Assembly (NCBI GenBank): GCA_034423175.1 | Contig: DAOUJA010000057.1 | Span: forward strand, 2,800-66,799 | Length of the DNA stretch: 64,000 nt | Direction of reading: 5' to 3' | DNA from: Dehalococcoidia bacterium | Lineage (GTDB): Bacteria; Chloroflexota; Dehalococcoidia; Lucifugimonadales; Australimonadaceae | Shown: one piece after another, positions 27,567 through 36,000 of the stretch | Position numbering within the stretch: the stretch's first letter is position 1 | Layout of the letters: every line of letters begins with the position of its first letter | Translations under genes and position numbers: made by a program | The notes under the pieces: model-generated | Database searches by the model: none | What the model saw: only the letters and a program-made list of their open reading frames with translations | What the model was told of the DNA's origin: nothing

Positions 27567-30062
27567 TCACTGAAGGCTCCCCTCGTGTCCGAGCGCCGGC
27601 CCACGCGACGGGGCAGGCCCCGACGGCACCGGGGCCTCGAAGATCGACGCGACCGCCTCGTCGACCAGGTCCTGGCGGCGCAGCGCGGCGCCAACCCTCG
27701 TGTTGGACCTGCTCCGCCACCGGGTGAGCCACTCCAGGAAGGGGTCCGCGGTGTCCAGCAGCGAGAACCAGCGGTCTACGGCTTCTTCAGGGCGGTCCCC
27801 ACGCTGGCAGTGGGCGACGATGAGGGCCACGGCCAGCGGCTCCGGGTCCGTTCCTCTCTGTACGTACGACGCCCCCGCCCTCCGCACGTCGTCCTGACGC
27901 ATGCGTTCGAGTTGCGGTGCAGAGGAGGCCAGCGCCCAGCCCGCCGCATCCAGGGCATGTTCCAGCGCAGCGGTCCTCGCCGCCGTCCTCCGTTTCCTGC
28001 CCAGAACGTTCCACGCCAGGGGCGTGACGGCTCCACGGCGGAGGGACCGGCAGACCGCCGCCATGGCATCCGCGGAAACGTCACTTCGGTAGAGCAGCCC
28101 CAGCAGGTACACCCACAGGGGCCGCCAATCGCCGTGGTCCACGAACCGGCGCCGCATGGCGTCGGTCAGCGCGGCGCGCGGGTCCGCCTTGCTTTCGAGC
28201 ACCTGCCGGTGGTGGGACCAGTCGGCCCAACCCGGTCCCGGAGCTTCGCGGGCACCGGCGACGACGCGCAGCCTGTTGACGACGTTCATGAGCACCGCCA
28301 GCAGCAGGACGAGGAGCGCGGTGTACTCGTAAAGAGCGGCAAGCCACAGCATCTCGTAGACGACGGGACGCAGCAGCAACACGTAGAAGGCCAGGGCGGC
28401 ACCGAACGTGAAGCCCCGCACCTGAGAGGCAGCGAGCCATCCGGCGACGTCGGCCACCGCCGGGTTGGAAGAAGAGGAGGCGTACGGGGCCAACCGGGTC
28501 AGCGCCAGGGAGAACATGCCCGCCGTGGCAACGGCACCGCCGAAGGTGAAGCCATGTCCGAACGAGGACAGGCCGGAGGCCGTGAGCCAGGTGAGACATC
28601 CCACGGCAAAGTAGCTCACGGCGGAGAGGATGGGCCGGTAGCGCAGGAAGGGCTGCCCGCTCAGGACCCTGGGCAGGAGGACCATCGCGGTTGCAGCGAA
28701 CGACAACCACGCGATGGAGTACCGGGCTTCGTGGAACCCTCCCAGGAAAGGCAGCAGGTCCTCCCCGAGTCCTGTCGTTCCGGGGCGGTCCAGGAGCACG
28801 GCATTGGCCGCCGGAAGGTGAGCGAGGGCAGCCCCGACGACGACGGCCAGGCCCGCGGCCACGGCCAGGGCGCCCAGCACCCTCGATGCGTTCGCCGTCA
28901 GCAAGGCATACCGCTGCGGGACGTCGAGCGTCGCCACGTTCCGCAGCACCGTCGCCGCGTAGGAAAGGAGAACCGCGGCGAGGAGCGCAGTGAGCATCCC
29001 GGAGACGTCGACCCCGAACGCCGTCGAGAGCAGGCCGCTGCCGGAGAAGACGACGTACACGACAGCCAGCGCCGCGAGGCGCCCGATGGGGGTCCCCAGA
29101 ATGCGGGCGACGCCGGGCCGGAGCACCCCCCAGTAGTGGACGAGTGCGAAGGGAAGCAGCACGGCCAGTACCTGCACAACCGACGGGGAGTAGAGCACCG
29201 CCAGGTACGATGGGTCCACGGAGCCCGGGCCCACCGCGCCAGGGCCTACGGACGCGCTCTCCGCGGCGAGGGCCAGCACCGCAATGGCTATCCACAGCGC
29301 AACAATCCATGCAGCCTCGGTCACGAGGAGCGCCCTGCGGAGGCGGGGCACGCGCGCAGGCGGGCCGACTACCAGGGCGCGCCGAATGACCGAGGCTGCG
29401 TACGACAACCCCACCGCGAGGCCAACAGCCAGCAATGCCCAAGCCCCGCTCAAGGCGAAGGCGGCAGAGAGCGCACCATCGACCCCCAGCAGGGCATAGG
29501 CAGCGCCGAAGGCCGCCAGGTGCACACGCGGGAAGCCGACAACCGCGGCTACGCTCGGGCGGACTTCCGCAACCGCCCGAGCTGCGATGAACGGGGCCAG
29601 GAGCAGGATGCCCCAGGCCGCGAGCGAGTCGAAGCCGCGCAGGTAGGGCGACAGGGAAGCGACATCCGGGACCCACGGAAGACCAGACACCAGAGCCGGC
29701 AGGTCCGATGCGCCCGACAGCAAGCCCAAGCCCAGCGCCGTCCAGCCCAGGTCCGTCAGCAGCCGATGAGCGACGGGAAGCACTTCCGCGAGAGGCAGCA
29801 GGCGCACTCCCCCTCTGCCGACCCGCACCCTCAGGGTTACCCGTTCCGCGAACTCACTTCCGCGCATCCACAGGGCCAGCCTGCCCAAGGCCAGCAAGAG
29901 CCCGCACAGCGCCACCGGCAGAGCCATGAAGCTCAAGTCCAGCCGCAACAACCGGGAGAGCGGGCTGTCCGCACCCCACAGCAGCACAAGCGCCACCAGA
30001 GCGCCGCCTGCCAACAGTGCGGCGGCCAGGTCCGGGCGCCGGACGAGCACAGCGTTCCTCAT
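27567..30062 (-). CDS. 831-aa polytopic membrane protein with ~250-aa soluble C-terminal domain, family unknown
   Basis: Start moved to MRNAVLV. Its ATG (30062-30060) overlaps the giant gene's TGA (30061-30059) as ATGA. The first ~570 aa carry roughly 16-20 hydrophobic segments, followed by an Arg/Ala-rich helical tail. Confidence 0.6.
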   Translation of the reverse strand: MRNAVLVRRPDLAAALLAGGALVALVLLWGADSPLSRLLRLDLSFMALPVALCGLLLALGRLALWMRGSEFAERVTLRVRVGRGGVRLLPLAEVLPVAHRLLTDLGWTALGLGLLSGASDLPALVSGLPWVPDVASLSPYLRGFDSLAAWGILLLAPFIAARAVAEVRPSVAAVVGFPRVHLAAFGAAYALLGVDGALSAAFALSGAWALLAVGLAVGLSYAASVIRRALVVGPPARVPRLRRALLVTEAAWIVALWIAIAVLALAAESASVGPGAVGPGSVDPSYLAVLYSPSVVQVLAVLLPFALVHYWGVLRPGVARILGTPIGRLAALAVVYVVFSGSGLLSTAFGVDVSGMLTALLAAVLLSYAATVLRNVATLDVPQRYALLTANASRVLGALAVAAGLAVVVGAALAHLPAANAVLLDRPGTTGLGEDLLPFLGGFHEARYSIAWLSFAATAMVLLPRVLSGQPFLRYRPILSAVSYFAVGCLTWLTASGLSSFGHGFTFGGAVATAGMFSLALTRLAPYASSSSNPAVADVAGWLAASQVRGFTFGAALAFYVLLLRPVVYEMLWLAALYEYTALLVLLLAVLMNVVNRLRVVAGAREAPGPGWADWSHHRQVLESKADPRAALTDAMRRRFVDHGDWRPLWVYLLGLLYRSDVSADAMAAVCRSLRRGAVTPLAWNVLGRKRRTAARTAALEHALDAAGWALASSAPQLERMRQDDVRRAGASYVQRGTDPEPLAVALIVAHCQRGDRPEEAVDRWFSLLDTADPFLEWLTRWRSRSNTRVGAALRRQDLVDEAVASIFEAPVPSGPAPSRGPALGHEGSLQ

Positions 30063-33000
30063 CTGCCGGCCTCCATCACCGCACTCCATGCCCGGTACAT
30101 CGCCTCGTAGTGCCGGCGCGCGATCGGGTGCTCGCTGTAGTCCGCCTCCTCGAACCTGGAGATGAGTTCGTCGAGCGCCTTCTGGGGGACCGGGAGCCCC
30201 CGGGACACCAGGATGAGCTCCACTTCCCGCGGCGTGGAGCGTTCCGTCACACCCCCGGTCGTCTCCTTCGCCCACTCCCAGAAGAGGTTGTACAAGCGAA
30301 CGATCTCCTCCCGGAAGTCCACTACCCGAAGGATTCGAGACTCGGAGGAGGGAAGGTAGTCGTAGTCGCCGGCGAACTCCGCGGACACCGGATACTCACC
30401 GGGCTCCGCACCGGTCCAGCCGAAGGTGTAGGCCCCGTCGTTGCCAACGACCGCGAGTTGCGACGGAGCATCGCCGGCAACAGCCACCTCGACTATGGCC
30501 CCGGCAACGGCACGCCCCTCCTCGTCGCTCACGTTCACGGTGATGCGCACCTCTTCCCCAACCCCCCAGACGTCCGCCAGGTCTTCCGCCTCCTTCCGGA
30601 ACGCGATCCACAACAGGACCGGCCGGGGCGCCGGGCCCGCATCGTCCTCGAGGCCCGTACCTTGGTCAGCCGCGTCAGGACCCGCGGCCGGCCCGGCCTC
30701 CGCACGCCTCCAACGCGCGAGCACCGCCAGCGGCCTCACCCTGAACCTCCTGCCGGAGTATGCGGCGGCAGCGGCCACGGCAAGGAGACCGGGGATGCCC
30801 GCCCAAAGGAGCCAGTTGATCCCGGCGGGCGTGATCGCGCCCTCCCAGAAGTACGGCGTGCCGAGCGGAGCGTGCAGGTCGTCCCCGGCATAGGTGAATT
30901 CCACGAAGCTGCCGTGGAGGGCCTCCTCGGCCGGCACCGCAAGCTCCAGCATCGCCACCCCGGACTCGTCGGTGGTGGCGTCCACCCCCTGGCTCGATCG
31001 CACGGCCGCCAGCGGTATACCGGTCCCGGTGTCGTCCAGGAGCGCCACCTGGAGCAACGTCATGCCGCCGGGGCGCACCCTGCCCACCGGGGTCACGATG
31101 AGGTTGGCAGCGGACCTGACCACCAGCGTTGCCGTGGCGCCGGCATCCAACGCCGGGGCGTCGATGACGAGTTCGGCGGTCCCCAGCGGTCCATCCCCCG
31201 GCACCGGGTACGTCTGCACGAAGGCGCCAACGTCGTTGGACCTGAACACGAGGTCGGGACCGACGTTCAGTTCGGCGCCGGGCACGGGATGAGTCCCCAG
31301 CAGGACGGTCCCGCGGAGGACCGCCCCGGCGCCGCGCACAACGGGTGCCAGCGGTTCCACCAGGACCCGGGGAAGCCCGACCGCAACGTCCAGCGTGGCA
31401 CGGCTGGAGGCCAGTTGCTCCGTATCGTCGAAGACCACCTCGACGCTCATGGCGGACTCATGCGGACCGCGCGCGGAACCCTCGTCGAAGACTGCCCGGG
31501 CGTCCCACGCGAACCTGCCTTCAGCATCGGTCGTCAGAGAGAGGGGCTCACTGCCGACCACGCGCACTTCGGCGTTCGAGACCGGGCTTCCGCCACTCTC
31601 ACGCAGGATGCCCGTGAGCCGGAAGCCCTCGCCATCCCTCACGACGACGGGGCCGTCGAGCGCCAGGACGGTGGGCTCCAGCACCTCGAAAGCGGCCTCG
31701 GCGGAGGCCGGACGGACGAACTCTCCCCCGTCGAAGCGGCCCGTGAGCGTATGGGGGCCTGTGCTTCCGAAGGACGGATGCCGGTATCGAAACGTCCCAT
31801 CCTCACCGACGTTCACCGTGACAAGCTGCTCAACTCCGGCGGCCTCTATGGTCAGCTCCACGGCGCCGGTCGGCGAGAGCGTATCCGACGTAAGCGCGCC
31901 CTCGAACGTCGCTCCATCGCCGCGCTTCAGCCTGAGCGGCCCCTCCAGCGTCAGAGCTACGGCGTGGAGGGCTTCGGCGCGAGCCGTTGCGCTGGAAGCG
32001 AGCACCGAGCCCTCGCCCCGGTACGCGGCGTTGACGGTGAACTGCCCGGGACTCGACATCATCCCGGCGACCTCGAACCAGCCTTCCGCGTCCGTGTTGA
32101 CCGACTGCTCGGGGTTGCGGCCAACTCTCACGCCGAGAGGCTTCCCCGCGAGAGGACTCCCGTCGGCCCCGCGAAGGACACCCGCCACAGGGAACTCCTC
32201 ACCTATCACCACGGAATCGGGGGCGTAGACCATAACCTCGGTGGGCAGGACGACCTCGAAATCCAAGCGGGCGGTGTTATCCAGCAGGAACTCCTCCCCC
32301 CGAATCTCCACCTCCACCCAGTGTCGTCCAAGCCGCGAGAAGGACTCGGAGAACGTAAACCGGCCCGACGAGTCAGTCACCACAGAAGCCGTGGCGTCTC
32401 CGTCGAACGTTACTGCGAGCTCGCGCGAAACCACTCCCCGTCCGGAGTCTTCGATCAGCATACCCTGGAACACGGCTACAGCGTTCCGGACTACTTCCGC
32501 CGGGCCACTGAGCTCGATCCTGTTTCCGGAGAAGACCTTGATGTCAGGGTCGCTCCAGGACTCATTGAACCGGTCGTTCCCGACGGCGCGGGCCAGGAGC
32601 TGGTAGCCGCCCAGTTCCAGATCCGCGGGCAGTTGCACCTCGGCCCGGAAGCGCCCCGCACCGGACGTGGTCGTCCCGATAATCGTGCCGCCGTGGTCCT
32701 TGGTCTCGTTGACGTAGATCTCGACCGTCATACCGCTGACGTTCTGTCCGTCGACGGTGCGCACCGTTCCTCCCACCACGAACGGCGTCTGACGACGGAC
32801 CTCCGCGGGCCAGAGGGTGATGTCCGTTACGGTGTCAACGAGGGAAGGCGGCGCCACGCCACCGCTCTCGTCGATACCCCTGACGACGGGGATGGGCCTG
32901 ACCGCAGGCGGAATGTCCGTCACCCTTGACGGGGCTCCGCCGGACGCAGTGGGGTCAAAACGCACCCAACCGATGCCCTCCAGCCCGACCTCTGCCCATT

Positions 33001-36000
33001 GATGCGCCTGGTTCGAGTAGACGACGATCGCTTCGGCAGAGGGGGAGGTGACCCATCCCGAGACGATCCTGGCGGGTATGCCCACGGACCGGGCCATCAC
33101 GACGAATGCGCTGCTGAACTGCCCGCACGTTCCCTGGCGCGTGTCGAAGAGGAACCAGTCCACCGGATCGCGTCCCGAGGGCGCAATGCCCGCGGCGAAG
33201 TTGTCTGCGTACCTGTAGGCGTAGCGCGTTTGCAGGTACCGTTCCAGCGCCTCAGCCTTCGCATACGGAGAGTTGTGGGGACGCGTGATCTCCTCAGCCA
33301 GCTGCGCGATCCGGTCAGGGAGGCCCGGAGGCAACCGGGTATAGATGGTGTCGGCGACGGCAGCGGCGGCCTGGTACTGCTGGAGCGAGTAGAACAGGAC
33401 ATCAGAGGTCCAAAGATACCGGGCTCCCGGACTTGGGGAACGAAACGTGGCGCTGAAGGGATAGTAGAACCCGTCGAGATCGACGTCCTGCAGGTCGAGG
33501 GACGTGGGCAATACTCCGAAGGGCAATTCGTCGAACACGCCGTGGGAGCTCAACTGGACCCGGTCGGAGAAGGCGGTATGCGGGTTGCTCCGGAACCCGA
33601 AGAGCGACGGGAAGGCCTGCCTTTCAGAGGGGAGCGCGCCGAAGGCCCCCGTGGCATCATCGTAGACGGCGGCTGTGGCAGCCAAGACACTGCTTCCGGC
33701 CGCGTACGGGACCTCTACGGGGTCCAGTTGGCTCCAGCCGCCGTCCGCGTATACGTCTCCCGTAGAGGTCCGCAGATAACTGGTGTGAGCGGCGCCCTGC
33801 ACCGTGAAGACCGGGATACGCGGCGGCTGTGCAATCTGGCGGGTTGTCGTTCCCTCGGTGGAGAGACCACCCCCGGAATGCATGATGAGCGCCGCTCCGT
33901 TCTCCAACCGGGTCACACCGGCCCCGAGCTCCTCGAGAGCACCGAGCGCGGCGTCCCTGGCCGCCTCGTCTCCCTGCCCAAGCGAGGCGAGTCCCGACGC
34001 CGACAACAACTCTCCCAAGCCCGTGCCGCTCCCCTCTCCACCTGTGCCCGTGCCATCCCCCTGCCCGCCCGTGCCGGCGCCGCCCTCCAGTCCGGTTGTG
34101 TCTGCGCCCAGTCTCTCCAGGGCTTCCCGCGCAGCATCCCGGACATCCGCAGCGGGATCGGCCAAGGCCCTCGTCAAGGCGGGTATCGCCCCGGTAAGCC
34201 CCCGCTCCCCCATGAGCTGGGCTGCCGCAGCCCTCTGGGACGGGTCCGCTGCGTCTTCGAGGGCCGACAGGAGGGCATCGAAGTCCCATCCGGCCAGGCC
34301 CTCCGCTGCCGCGTTCCTGACGTCAGGCGATCCGTCATCGGAACGGGCGTCGAGCAGCGCTCTCAGCGCTGCGCCGTCCCCGATCTCAGCCAAGGCCAAG
34401 GCCGCCGCCGTCCTGACATAGGCGGACTCATCCGTAGCCAAGGCTCTCAGCAATGCTTCCAACGCCATGGTGTGGGAGTACTTTCGCTCCCCCATGAGCT
34501 GAGCAGCCGCGGCTCTCTGGAGCGGGCTCACCGCGGTCTCGAGGACCAGGACCAGTGCGTGGGAGTCCCACCTGGTCAGGGCCTCCTCCGCCGCGGCCCT
34601 GACTTCAGCCGATGCGTCGTCGGCCCGGGCGTCCAGCAGCGGCAGCAGGGCGACGTTGTTCCTGATCTCCCCCAAGGCCAGTGCGACTTCCGCTCGAACC
34701 AGTGAGACGGGGTCAGAACCGAGAACGGGGACCATCTCCGACGCGGCCGCCGGGTACCTTCGCTCCCCCATGAGCCGGGCCGCCACGGCCCGCTGCTCCG
34801 CGTCCCCGGCATTCAGGAGGACGTTCAGCAAGGCGGCGAAGTCCCACCCTTCCAAGGCCTCATCCGCCGCCGTCCTGACGTCAGCCGATGCGTCGTCGGA
34901 CCGAGCGCGCACCAGCGGCAGCAGGGCGAGGTCGTTCCTGATCGCGCCCAAGGCGAGCGCAACTTCGGCGCGCACCTCCGGGGCGGGGTCCGAGACGAGG
35001 ACGGGCACCATCCTTTCCGCCGTCCAATCGGTCTCGAGAGCGCCCAGAGCCCGGGCCGCGGCCTCCCGGACGGCGGCGTCCGAGTCTGCTTCCAGCGCCC
35101 GCAGCAGCGGCCCTTCAGCCTTGTCCTTCCCCAGGGCGGCCAGCGCATCGATAGCCTCCACCCTGACCCGGGCGTCCTCATCCGAAACCAAGGCCTGTAT
35201 CAGGGCGTCCACCGCCTCAGGGTCGGCGAGCACTCTCAACCCGAAGGCCGCCGAGGCCCTCATGAGGGGGTCTTCATGGTCCAGCAGGACCCCGATGGGC
35301 CAGTCGAGGGCCAGCACGCTCAGAGCAGCCTGCGCAGCGCGGCGGGCACCAGGTTCCAGGGCGTTGTCTATCTCCTTGAACAGCAGGCGCAGCGCCTCCG
35401 GGTCGTTCAGATCGACCCTGAGCGCAGCCACCGCGCCCCGTACCTGCGGCGCAGCACTGGCGGCCAGTTCGTCGAGCGCGGTCTCCAGCGGATGGTTGAC
35501 GTCCGTGTCCGTGAAGGCGTCCCTGGGCAAGGGGTCGACGGTGACCCAACCGAGGCCGTCCAGGGCGATCTCCGCCCACTGGTGGGCCTGGTTCCTACGG
35601 ACCGTTTGTGTTTCCTCCCGCCTCGCTACGACCCAACCGGACACGGCCCTGGCCGGGACCCCGGCCGCCCGGGCGAGCACCACGAACGCGCTGCTGAAGT
35701 TGCTGCCAGCGCCCACGCCGTGGTCGAAGAGGAACCAGTCGACCGGATCCCGGCCCGGAGGCGGCCGGGTCTCCTCTTCCGTGCTTGCGACGCCGACGGA
35801 GTACTCCTCCTGGAGGTGTACCTGCAGCAGGCGGGCCTTCAGGTATGGAGAGGCGACAGCGGCGACCCGCTCAGCCAGCTCATGGACACGCGGCGACAGG
35901 CCATCCGGCAGCTGCAGATACGTCCCGTCCGCCACCGGAGGCGCGTCAATCTTCTGCCCCAGCGCGAAGAGCGGAAGGGTGGACTCCGTCCGATAGGCGG

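Noticed and set aside
30063-30275. 71-codon N-terminal extension of the 831-aa membrane protein ORF
   Set aside because: The extension lies entirely inside the giant gene's 3' end. The ATG at 30062 forms an ATGA overlap with the giant gene's stop and begins a plausible N-terminus (MRNAVLVRRPDL plus a TM helix).
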